Shown: one piece after another, positions 24,028 to 32,000 of the stretch
Position numbering within the stretch: the stretch's first letter is position 1
How the letters are laid out: each line of letters begins with the position of its first letter
DNA from: Methanocaldococcus jannaschii DSM 2661
Lineage (GTDB): Archaea > AGJL01 > Methanococci > Methanococcales > Methanocaldococcaceae
Assembly: GCF_000091665.1 (NCBI RefSeq)
Contig: NC_001732.1
Location: 22,128-54,127, forward strand
DNA length: 32,000 nucleotides
Direction: 5' to 3'
Notes under the pieces: generated by a model
Told to the model about the DNA's origin: nothing
The model's input: the letters and a program-made list of their open reading frames with translations, nothing else
Databases searched by the model: none
Translations under genes and position numbers: made by a program

Positions 24028-24741
24028 ATGAATAATTTTAGTAAAAATTTAGAAGAATGTTTTCAAAAATATGGATATGAGAATTTTACACTTTTATTGG
24101 CTGGATATATTGCAAAATATCCTAAATATGAAGAAATCTCTAACAATACCAAATTTCTAAATGAATATCATAATGAAGTATCAAATATTACTACTTGCCT
24201 ACATGTTTATAAAAACTTAGCAGAGGGTGTTAAAAGAGATTTCAACCTTGATTTACTATATCTTAATGATTATGAAATTAAAAAAGTAAAATCTATGGTT
24301 GAGCCTAACGTAATTAGTGATGCAATAACCGTTGTAACACTTGTTAATGATTATAATAATCTTATTGATGCTGCAAGAAATGTTAAAAAGGGAGATAAAG
24401 AATCCTATACAAAATTCTATATTGCATTGGGAATTGTAGTGTTTGATGTAATTTTAATAAAAGAGAATGTGGCTTATAAGGTAAGTTATAAACTTGTAGG
24501 AATTTTAATTAGTAAAACGGGCTTCTATAAAGTTATTTACAAGTATGGTGGAAGCACAGCATTAAAACCTATAGAGAGTTGTACACATTGGATATCTCGA
24601 GGAGAAATTAATAGTATGCCCAGTAAATTGTATAACAATTCAGATAAATTAACAAACATTTCAATAAAAATTAACACTTCAAAACTGTATAACAAGAGTA
24701 TAAACACTATAAGAAGTAAAATAATGGAGGTTTCAAGTTAG
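24028..24741 (+). CDS. Hypothetical protein with one or two hydrophobic segments
   Basis: 237-aa ORF with coding-like composition. The hydrophobic stretch 'FYIALGIVVFDVILI' and 'YKLVGILISKTGF' suggest membrane association. I recognised no motif. Confidence 0.55.
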   Translation: MNNFSKNLEECFQKYGYENFTLLLAGYIAKYPKYEEISNNTKFLNEYHNEVSNITTCLHVYKNLAEGVKRDFNLDLLYLNDYEIKKVKSMVEPNVISDAITVVTLVNDYNNLIDAARNVKKGDKESYTKFYIALGIVVFDVILIKENVAYKVSYKLVGILISKTGFYKVIYKYGGSTALKPIESCTHWISRGEINSMPSKLYNNSDKLTNISIKINTSKLYNKSINTIRSKIMEVSS

Positions 24742-25062
24742 ATAATAGAATGTTTGATTGTTGGGTCTGTAACTCTCTAATTTTTTTATTTCGTTAATTG
24801 TTTTAGTTGTTCTATAAAACAAATATCCAACAGCTTTTATGTTAAATTTTACAAATAATAATAAGGGTTCTAAAATGTTTTTTACACTTTTAATCAATTT
24901 TAGGAACATATTTTTGATTTCTTTAATAGTTTCTTTAATTGAGTCTATTATTTTAGATTTATTTGTTAAGAAGATAACGAATAAAACTCCAAATAGAATA
25001 ATTAAGAAATCTTCGGGGATTTTTGATAGTGAGTTAATTCCTTCTGTGATTATTGTTATCAA
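24733..25062 (-). CDS. Small hypothetical membrane protein downstream of the PIN gene
   Basis: 109-aa track ORF. It begins at TTG 25062, 5 nt after the PIN gene stop, and the first ATG is only at codon 52. It has a TM-like segment 'FLIILFGVLFVIFL'. The start and the reality of the gene are uncertain. Confidence 0.35.
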   Translation of the reverse strand: MITIITEGINSLSKIPEDFLIILFGVLFVIFLTNKSKIIDSIKETIKEIKNMFLKLIKSVKNILEPLLLFVKFNIKAVGYLFYRTTKTINEIKKLESYRPNNQTFYYLT

Positions 25063-25066
25063 TATT

Positions 25067-25846
25067 TCAATTAGTTTTTTTTATAATGCTTGTAACAATT
25101 TCAAGTATTGTGATAATAATAGACGTGCATATTTTAAATGCTAAAGGTGCTGTAACATTCATAATGCAAAATGAAAATGAACCTTGACTTAGTTCAGTGA
25201 GTACAACTTTTACTTCTCCAACTTTCCAAATTTTTATAATTTTTTGGTCTTTAAAATCTTTATCACGTGTTATAATTCCATGGGTATCAAGTGAAAGAGC
25301 TAAAGTTACAAAAGGAATATCCTTTACATCCCTATGACCTATCAGATTATATGCAATTTTACTCCAATTATTTGATTTTTTATCATTTATTATTTTAATA
25401 TTGGACAGTATAATATTAGCAATTTTTATTGCCTTAGATTTTGCTTTATTTTCGTCAATATTCTTCTTTTTACATTTTTTTGGGAGAACATTCTCAATCT
25501 TATTTTTTAACTCATCTACAATTAATTGTGGAGCATATAATTCTATAAAAGGATTATTGATAAAATCCAATATCCATGGGAGTTCACCTTTTGTAACATA
25601 GGATAATACTTGTGAGAATATAATATTAGTATCAACAACTAACTTTAATTTAAACTCTTTACCTAACATATATACTAAATTCTTCTGGAAATAAGCACTA
25701 AGATAATTAATAAAGTCTCTTCCTAAAGTTTTTTCTATTTCATTCCATAATTTGTTAAATTCATCATCAAACTCCTTAAAATACTCCCACTCACAATCAT
25801 GAAACCTTTGAACTTCAATATTTGTGAGAGATTGCATATTAGCCAC
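25067..25846 (-). CDS. PIN-domain protein with a ~65-aa N-terminal extension and a hydrophobic C-terminal tail
   Basis: 259 aa. '[14 protein letters not shown]' carries the first PIN Asp, '[15 protein letters not shown]' the Glu region, and '[25 protein letters not shown]' the Asp...T-x-D pattern. The C-terminus '[32 protein letters not shown]' is TM-like. The start is GTG 25846 or ATG 25837. Confidence 0.7.
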
Positions 25847-25917
25847 ATTTAAAGATTTATTAGTATTTATCTAAAACTTTGATATTATAATTGCTATAAC
25901 ATGTAAGGATTGATGAG

Positions 25918-26067
25918 TTATTTGATTACCTGATTTCTGTTATTCCCTAAACTATGTCTAACTATATCCATTAGAGTATATCTCTTGTCATGAAACTTAA
26001 TTATTTCTAATAACTTTTCATTTTCTTTAGTTTTCATTTTCACATATTCCTCATTGTAATTGACCAT
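25918..26067 (-). CDS. Small ORF upstream of the PIN gene (49 aa; possible RHH-like antitoxin/regulator; not in the supplied track)
   Basis: My own translation gives 'MVNYNEEYVKMKTKENEKLLEIIKFHDKRYTLMDIVRHSLGNNRNQVIK*'. GGGTGAT lies 3 nt before ATG 26067. The ORF ends 71 nt upstream of the PIN gene on the same strand. Confidence 0.4.
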   Translation of the reverse strand: MVNYNEEYVKMKTKENEKLLEIIKFHDKRYTLMDIVRHSLGNNRNQVIK

Positions 26068-26198
26068 TTTATCACCCTTTCATTGTTGTTGGATAATATT
26101 TTATTTAACTTTAACAACATTATAAAATATATGTTCTATATATTTAAATGATTATATATTTAAATAAATAGAATAATTATTATAAGAGTGTAAACTTC

Positions 26199-27254
26199 TC
26201 ATTTAGAGTTAGGAATAGAATTAGGAATTTCATAATATACATTTACAGCAAATTTACCTTCATCTTTTTTTATTTCAATATTGGATACATTTTTAATATT
26301 CGTTAAGAATTTATTGTAAATTTCTTTAGAAATTACCCTTACAATAGAGTAATGTGTTATTTCATCATAGTTCTCAATCGGAATTGATAATTTTACTGGT
26401 ATTGGTTCAACTTTCTTATTATATTGCTCTGCATTTTTAATTTGTAGTTCTTTTTTAACATCTTCTTCTATTTTTCTAAGAATGTCATCACTAATTTCAC
26501 TTTTAAGGTTATTTTCATTTTTATAGTACTTTTCAACAAATTTCAATTTTGAGTTGTATATATCAACTGGAGTATAAATTTTTACTTTTTCTTTTCCTAA
26601 TTTTTTTAACCATACATCTATTTTGTATATGGGCAATTTTTGGTCAATTACATAATAATAATCATCTATTTTTACAGCAACTGCAACGTGAGTTGGATAA
26701 ACCAAAAAGTAATGCTTTATATTTAAATTATGAAGAATTGCAGAAGTTAATTTTGCATAATCTCTACAAATTGCATATTTGGTCTTTAATATGGTTTTTA
26801 AAGATGTAGATATCCAAATTAGACTTAATGTAGTAAATAATCCTTCCTTTAATTTTAATATTTTACTGTCACATTTTGATAAAGTAAAGAACGTAGCCCA
26901 TAAGTGTAAGAATGTTCCTACCACCCCACATAAGAACAAGAATAGTATTATAGTAATTATAAAATATAAACAGCATATTATAATGTGTATTGTAGGTGAT
27001 ATGCAAAATACTTGTTCGCACCATAACCAAACTTCTGGAAATATTGCCCATACTAACCCTACTATAATGAAAAATGTAATAAAGTAATATACATTCGACT
27101 TTTCATAACAATAACGTATATTACTATCTTCCCATTCTAAAACATTAATTATTGTTTTAATGCTGTTGTTTTTGTATTTTAATATTTCAGCAAGATGTTT
27201 TGTGTCCTTCAAATCCTCATCATTTAATTGAATATGCTCTAATAAAATAGGCAC
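26199..27254 (-). CDS. Membrane-anchored transglutaminase-like (Cys-His-Asp) superfamily protein
   Basis: 351 aa with a GTG start preceded by GGTGA plus 6 nt. There are three to four TM segments (aa ~55-150). These are followed by 'YAICRDYAKLTSAILHNLNIKHYFLVYPTHVAVAVKIDDYYYVIDQ'. This fits the transglutaminase-core order Cys (C-R-D-[YF]-A), His (T-H-V-A-V) and Asp (V-I-D). Confidence 0.6.
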   Translation of the reverse strand: MPILLEHIQLNDEDLKDTKHLAEILKYKNNSIKTIINVLEWEDSNIRYCYEKSNVYYFITFFIIVGLVWAIFPEVWLWCEQVFCISPTIHIIICCLYFIITIILFLFLCGVVGTFLHLWATFFTLSKCDSKILKLKEGLFTTLSLIWISTSLKTILKTKYAICRDYAKLTSAILHNLNIKHYFLVYPTHVAVAVKIDDYYYVIDQKLPIYKIDVWLKKLGKEKVKIYTPVDIYNSKLKFVEKYYKNENNLKSEISDDILRKIEEDVKKELQIKNAEQYNKKVEPIPVKLSIPIENYDEITHYSIVRVISKEIYNKFLTNIKNVSNIEIKKDEGKFAVNVYYEIPNSIPNSK

Positions 27255-27325
27255 AACACTTCACCCTGTAGTTCCCGAATGTAATTTTCCTACATCTTTA
27301 AGTCTCATGAATTTTGATTCTACTC

Positions 27326-30300
27326 TTATATTGCATATATATTTTTTGCATATTCAAATAAATCATCTGAAATCTTATTTATAAGTGAATAATCTTTTAT
27401 CCCTTCCTTCATTAGAATGATTTTAAGTTTAGCTCGTATTTTAGATTGGAGATTTTTCTTCTTTTTCCAATCACGAGCTTTAATATAACCAGACATCATT
27501 CTTGCAATTTCTTTTGCAATTTTTTCTACTCTTTTTTTATCTGTTAGGGGTATATTGGGATATGAAAGTAAAAGGTCATAAAATGCCAACTCCTCTTCAG
27601 TTAGTCCCAATTCTTTACCTTCTTCAGCAGCTTTTCTAATTTCTTTAGCCAAATTAACTAGTTCTTCAATCATTTCGGCAGTGGTTATTACCTTTATACG
27701 GTATTTCTCTATAACTTCATTTAACCTTTCTGAAAACTTTTTAAATCTTATCGGATTCTTTGCCATACGAACTCTTATATCATCATTTAGAATTTTGATA
27801 AGAACATCTCTTACATAATCTTTGTATTCTATTTTAGCAATCTCAGATAAAAATTCATCAGATAAAACGGAAAGCTCCGGTTTTTCTTTTTTTAGCATTT
27901 CAAAGACGTCTACTAGCTCTTTAGCACTAATACTTTTAGATATTAAACTTTGTATGTCATTTTCAAGGTCTTGAGAAATCTCACGGATTTTTTTAGTGGA
28001 ATATTTAACAATCATCTTTTTTATCATTTCAAAGAATTCTAAATCATCTTTAATACCTATTGTTTCAGGATGAGGTCGAGCAAGTAAGTAAAGCTTTTTT
28101 AATGCTATAACATTCCTAACAAATTCTTTTTTGGTATTATCATCTTTTGCTACTCTTTGATAAGCTTTTACTGTAAGTAGGGATAAGTCTTCTGAAGATA
28201 ACTTTTTCCAATCTTTGTAATTAATATTTTTAAAGTATGATGTTACCTTTTCATATCTACGCTTCATCTCTTCAATAACTACTTTAATGTCAGTCATTAA
28301 ATCCTTTCTCGCCTCACTTGAATATTTAGAAAGGGATTTAGATAAATCATCGGCAATTCCTATATAATCTACAATAAGCCCTCCTGGTTTATCTTTAAAT
28401 ACTCTATTCACCCTTGCTATTGCCTGTGCTAATGAATGATTTTTCATCGGTTTTAAGAAATACATCGTATGTAAGCAGGGAACATCAAAACCTGTAAGCC
28501 ACATATCGACAACTATAACCATCTTTAAATCTGACTCTGGGTCTTTGAATTCTTTGGCTAAGTTTTCAAGCTCCTTTTTTGTTCTTATATGTGGGTGGAA
28601 ATCTTCAGGGTCTTTTGATTTATTCCCAGACATTACAACGGCAATCTTTGGAGCATTTGGCTGTTTAGTAATCCATTTATATAATTCTACTGCTACTTTT
28701 CTACTAATAGTAACTACCATAGCCTTTCCATCGAAATCTTGAAGACGTTTGTTAAAATGCTCTATAATATCCTTTGAAACCTTGGAGAGATAATCCTCTG
28801 TAAGCATGATTTTTTCAAGTTTGGCAAATACTTCTTTTATACTCTCTTTTGTTTCTGGGTCATTGGCTACTCTTTCAGAGATTTCATCAAACTCTAAATC
28901 AATGAATTCATTTGTAAGATGTAATTCTACAAGTCGGGCTTCATAATAAATTGGAACAACTACTCCATGCCTCTTTGCCTTATCAATTGGATAGGCACTT
29001 ATATAATCTCCAAATACTAAGAATGTTGAACGGTCTTTGTAGTCTATTGGAGTGGCTGTGAATGCCAAAAATGATGCGTTAGGAATAGCTTTTCTAAGAT
29101 TTTGAGCTAATGTTCCATAATGGCTTCTATGGGCTTCATCTGCAATTATGATTATGTTGTTTCTATCAGTTAGGAAAGGGTAGTGTTCATCTTTTGACTT
29201 TCTACCAAATTTTTGTATTGTAGCAAAAATTATTCCTCCAGGTGTTTTCTTAATGAGTTCTTGAAGCTCAGCTATACTTTCAGCTCTTTCAGCCTCTGAA
29301 AAAACACTTGAAAAAACATTATATAGTTGTTCATCAAGTTCTAATCTATCTGTGAGGAATACTAAGAGGGGATAATTTAATTCTTTCTGTTTAAGTGCTT
29401 TTTTGGCATAAAATAACATTGTTATAGATTTACCTGTCCCTTGTGCATGCCATACAATACCGATTCTCCTATCTTCAGGAGTTTCTCCATAAAGTACGGA
29501 TTTTATTGTTCTATCTACGGCTTTTTTAACTGTATAAAATTGATAATAAGTGGCTATAATCTTTTTCTTATCATGGATGATAAAGTCCTCGAGGAATTCA
29601 ATAAGATGTTCTTTTTTAAATAAACCCATTAAAAGTATGTCTAAGCTTGTATATGGGTTTCCTTTATATTTATACATTGTATTTCCATAATTATCAACTT
29701 CTATAACTTCAACATCGTCATCACTTTCAACTCCTTCCCAAACAAAGAATCTATCCCAATCACTTGTTGGAGAACCGTATTTTGTTTCTAAACCGTCGCT
29801 AACAACGAGTATTTGGGCATATTGGTATAGTTGAGGAATATCTTTCATTTTTGTTTTATGGTCGTTAAATGCATCTTTGGCTGTTTGATTGGATTTTGGG
29901 CTTTTAAATTCAAAAATTGCAATGGGAATTCCATTTATAAATACAACTAAGTCGGGTCTTCTAAATCTTCCATTTTCATAATAGTATTCAACCTCAAATT
30001 GATTGGCTACTAAAAATTCATTTTTATTTATATTTTCAAAGTCTATCAATTTTACAAATCTTGTTTTCTTTTCTCCATTTTCTTTAAATTCTAATTTAAC
30101 TCCATTAATTAGCATTTCATAAAATATTTTTCCACGCATATTGAAATCTGGGTTATCTATGTTGGTTACAGTTTTATAAACTTTAAGTGCTAATTCTTCA
30201 GTAAGCCATGGGTTGATATTCTTTATAGCTTTTATAAATCGGTTTTTAAGTATTGCATCTCTGTAAGATTCCCTCTCATTATATTCTGGAGTTAGTTCAG

Positions 30301-30454
30301 AACCATGTTTATAGGAATAACCAAGATTTTTGAGTCTTTGTATCGCTGCATTTTCTACAACGTAATCTTCATTTAATTTTGCAGCTTCTTTTTTCATTTT
30401 ATCACCAATGAATACCCCCACTAATAAAAAATATTTATTTGCAGATATTGGCAT
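27326..30454 (-). CDS. hsdR: Type I restriction enzyme, R (restriction/translocase) subunit
   Basis: 1042-aa track ORF. The ATG at 30397 ('MKKEAAKLNED') follows GGTGAT plus 3 nt and is more likely. It has an N-terminal PD-(D/E)xK motif 'RPDLVVFINGIPIAIFEFKSP'. SF2 motifs are 'HAQGTGKSITM' (I), 'IIIADEAHRSH' (II), 'FTATP' (III) and 'QAIARVNR' (VI). A long helical C-terminal region follows. Confidence 0.95.
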   Translation of the reverse strand: MPISANKYFLLVGVFIGDKMKKEAAKLNEDYVVENAAIQRLKNLGYSYKHGSELTPEYNERESYRDAILKNRFIKAIKNINPWLTEELALKVYKTVTNIDNPDFNMRGKIFYEMLINGVKLEFKENGEKKTRFVKLIDFENINKNEFLVANQFEVEYYYENGRFRRPDLVVFINGIPIAIFEFKSPKSNQTAKDAFNDHKTKMKDIPQLYQYAQILVVSDGLETKYGSPTSDWDRFFVWEGVESDDDVEVIEVDNYGNTMYKYKGNPYTSLDILLMGLFKKEHLIEFLEDFIIHDKKKIIATYYQFYTVKKAVDRTIKSVLYGETPEDRRIGIVWHAQGTGKSITMLFYAKKALKQKELNYPLLVFLTDRLELDEQLYNVFSSVFSEAERAESIAELQELIKKTPGGIIFATIQKFGRKSKDEHYPFLTDRNNIIIIADEAHRSHYGTLAQNLRKAIPNASFLAFTATPIDYKDRSTFLVFGDYISAYPIDKAKRHGVVVPIYYEARLVELHLTNEFIDLEFDEISERVANDPETKESIKEVFAKLEKIMLTEDYLSKVSKDIIEHFNKRLQDFDGKAMVVTISRKVAVELYKWITKQPNAPKIAVVMSGNKSKDPEDFHPHIRTKKELENLAKEFKDPESDLKMVIVVDMWLTGFDVPCLHTMYFLKPMKNHSLAQAIARVNRVFKDKPGGLIVDYIGIADDLSKSLSKYSSEARKDLMTDIKVVIEEMKRRYEKVTSYFKNINYKDWKKLSSEDLSLLTVKAYQRVAKDDNTKKEFVRNVIALKKLYLLARPHPETIGIKDDLEFFEMIKKMIVKYSTKKIREISQDLENDIQSLISKSISAKELVDVFEMLKKEKPELSVLSDEFLSEIAKIEYKDYVRDVLIKILNDDIRVRMAKNPIRFKKFSERLNEVIEKYRIKVITTAEMIEELVNLAKEIRKAAEEGKELGLTEEELAFYDLLLSYPNIPLTDKKRVEKIAKEIARMMSGYIKARDWKKKKNLQSKIRAKLKIILMKEGIKDYSLINKISDDLFEYAKNIYAI

Positions 30455-30482
30455 TATCTAATTTAGCAATTAAAAAAAATTT

Positions 30483-31781
30483 TTATAATTCTTCAACTCT
30501 CAACTCTCCAAATACCAATTTTGGTAATAAAGCATCTCTAATTTTTTTCAAAACCATAATTTGTTTTTGATTGTTTATAATTTTTTCGAACAATGGTTGA
30601 ACTAATGAATGGAATTTTTGTAGTATTGGTTGTGGTGGGATAATTATATATTTATTTTCAATATCTGAAATTTTTAAATAAGGTAAAGTAGTTCCTTTTA
30701 CACTATATACAATTTCTTTTAGTAAAAATCTCAAAAGACAGTAAATAAAGTAATGCTTTTCATTTAGCATGCTACTATCTATAACAGCAAGATGATTTAC
30801 TGCAGTAAATTTAAAAGGAACTATATTTACTCGAGCTTCTTTCAAAGACTCTCCACTTTTTTGAAATATGATACTTTTTTCATTATATAATTTCATTTTA
30901 TAATCTTTTAAAGCCAATTCATTTATAAAATCTGAAGATTCAATACAAACTCCTTTTACTAAATGTTTTACTCTTACAAATGGGATTTTAGCGTTTTCAA
31001 AGTATATTTCTCTTTGTGGTGCATTACTTCCAGATTCAACTTTTAAAATATCTCCCAATCTCTTGACTTCCCAACCCTTCGGAATCTCTTTATCCAATTC
31101 ATCATTATAAACAAACTCTTCATTTTTAAACGGCTCAAAATCTATAAACCAATTTTTAAATAATTCTAAAGCTATTTTTTCTAAAATTTCATTTTGTTTT
31201 TTCTTATTTTCAATTAAATCATCAAAATATGATAAAACAGTTGCTATTTTTTGTTGTTCTTCTGGTGAAGGATATGGTATTTCAACTTCTTTTAATGTGC
31301 TACCTTTTAATTCTGGAAATGTAGAACCTCCAGAAATATCTTTCAAATATTCACTCATTGTTTTTGTCTTAAATAAATAGTAAAGATATTCACTAACCAC
31401 GCCATCCTTTGGAATAATATTTCTAAATCCTTGATTTGTTGTTAGTGGATTTTTTGCAATAGCCACATAACCAATAGGTGCTCTTGATGTTAGTAAGATT
31501 GTTCCTTTTGGAAATATTCTCAATGAACACTCTTTAACAGCTTTTTCTGTAATGTTTCTTTCCCCTCTTGAAATGTAAATATACTCATAATTAGCAAGGT
31601 CTTTTGGAGTTATCCAAGGAATATCCCCTCCCCAATATTCTTTAATTTTTGTAGAAGGTGTTGAACCACCAGCAACTTCGCCAATATCTTTAATTTTCTT
31701 AACATCCCAATCCTTAGGAATTTTCCCAATATCTGTTTCTTTAAATTCTGTTTCCCATCTAAATTTAACCATAAATAACAC
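30483..31781 (-). CDS. hsdS: Type I restriction-modification specificity (S) subunit, two target-recognition domains
   Basis: 432-aa track ORF starting at GTG; the ATG at 31772 follows GAGGTG plus 6 nt. The two halves each open with 'IPKDWDVKKIKDIGEV..GGSTPST' and 'IPKGWEVKRLGDILKVESGSNAP'. Conserved helical spacers are 'EEQQKIATVLSYFDDLIENKKKQNEILEKI' and 'QKFHSLVQPLFEKIINNQKQIMVLKKIRDALLPKL'. Confidence 0.93.
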   Translation of the reverse strand: MLFMVKFRWETEFKETDIGKIPKDWDVKKIKDIGEVAGGSTPSTKIKEYWGGDIPWITPKDLANYEYIYISRGERNITEKAVKECSLRIFPKGTILLTSRAPIGYVAIAKNPLTTNQGFRNIIPKDGVVSEYLYYLFKTKTMSEYLKDISGGSTFPELKGSTLKEVEIPYPSPEEQQKIATVLSYFDDLIENKKKQNEILEKIALELFKNWFIDFEPFKNEEFVYNDELDKEIPKGWEVKRLGDILKVESGSNAPQREIYFENAKIPFVRVKHLVKGVCIESSDFINELALKDYKMKLYNEKSIIFQKSGESLKEARVNIVPFKFTAVNHLAVIDSSMLNEKHYFIYCLLRFLLKEIVYSVKGTTLPYLKISDIENKYIIIPPQPILQKFHSLVQPLFEKIINNQKQIMVLKKIRDALLPKLVFGELRVEEL

Positions 31782-31782
31782 C

Positions 31783-32000
31783 TCAATATGTAATTGCTCC
31801 CCAGAGTAAAACTAAACCAGTTATAAATGATGAACCAATGGATGCTATAATGTAAAATTCTTTTGGTAATGAAATTCTAAAAATATAGCTAAAAAAGGCA
31901 ACAATCCCTATAATTGTCATAATATCTATATAAATAACTAACCAAAGAGGCAAAGGATGCAAATTATAAAAGTAAGTAATTAAAGCAACAAAATTTAAAA
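31783..32000 (-). CDS. 3' end of a hydrophobic (membrane) protein ORF immediately upstream of hsdS; 5' end beyond the window
   Basis: My own translation is open to the window edge: 'LNFVALITYFYNLHPLPLWLVIYIDIMTIIGIVAFFSYIFRISLPKEFYIIASIGSSFITGLVLLWGAITY*'. The stop TGA (31785-31783) is embedded in the hsdS RBS (tGAGGTG). It is not HsdM-like. Confidence 0.5.
   Translation of the reverse strand, partial: LNFVALITYFYNLHPLPLWLVIYIDIMTIIGIVAFFSYIFRISLPKEFYIIASIGSSFITGLVLLWGAITY

Noticed and set aside
23598-29623. Other short antisense or overlapping ORFs: 23598-23816, 24839-25144, 25401-25601, 26549-26809, 26779-27087, 26869-27051, 28545-28742 and 29441-29623
   Set aside because: Each lies inside, and antisense or out of frame to, a longer ORF with recognisable motifs (EVE, PIN, transglutaminase-like, HsdR). 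None has an RBS or a motif of its own.

Overview
This is a very AT-rich archaeal sequence. My spot counts of single 60-nt lines gave about 20-40% G+C. Ribosome-binding sites are of the GGTGAT/GAGGTG type, complementary to a Methanococcales-like 16S 3' end.

The gene content indicates a plasmid or extrachromosomal element, not a chromosome. It has a ParA/Soj ATPase with a small partner, a 1272-aa AEP-primase/SF2-helicase fusion, an archaeal histone, and type I R-M genes. Gene order and sizes match my recollection of the large extrachromosomal element of Methanocaldococcus jannaschii. I cannot verify this without a database search.

Layout:
- 0-5.5 kb: a CX5R phosphatase bracketed by an intact and a decayed copy of a Cys-rich HhH-motif gene. 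This is followed by a 13-blade, two-module PQQ-like beta-propeller gene with a truncated extra copy.
- 5.7-7 kb: partition cassette.
- 7-14.3 kb: archaeal-type ATPase, a zinc-finger/Sm(Hfq)-like fusion, the giant primase-helicase, a long non-coding origin candidate, and a histone.
- 15-32 kb: a dense defence/accessory island.

The island contains VapBC and a ~7.2-kb segment bounded by ~200-bp inverted repeats with a G/C-rich mirror core. That segment carries two tightly coupled gene pairs of unassigned function. One is a PD-(D/E)xK-domain protein plus an unknown 408-aa protein. The other is an OLD-family ATPase-TOPRIM nuclease plus an unknown ~292-aa partner. Beyond the segment lie an EVE/PUA-like protein, a long PIN protein with small flanking ORFs, a membrane transglutaminase-like protein, and hsdR and hsdS preceded by a membrane ORF.

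The intergenic DNA is built from a shared kit of modules:
- a 24-26-bp palindrome (7 copies);
- arrays of a degenerate ~8-bp unit (CAATAATA/TATTATTG);
- a 22-nt TTTCCACTAAAAGAAATTCAAA box;
- a TTCC-N-GGAA dyad box;
- a 24-nt TGTRTATGTAGAGTG box.

I recognised no rRNA, tRNA, CRISPR array, transposase or integrase.
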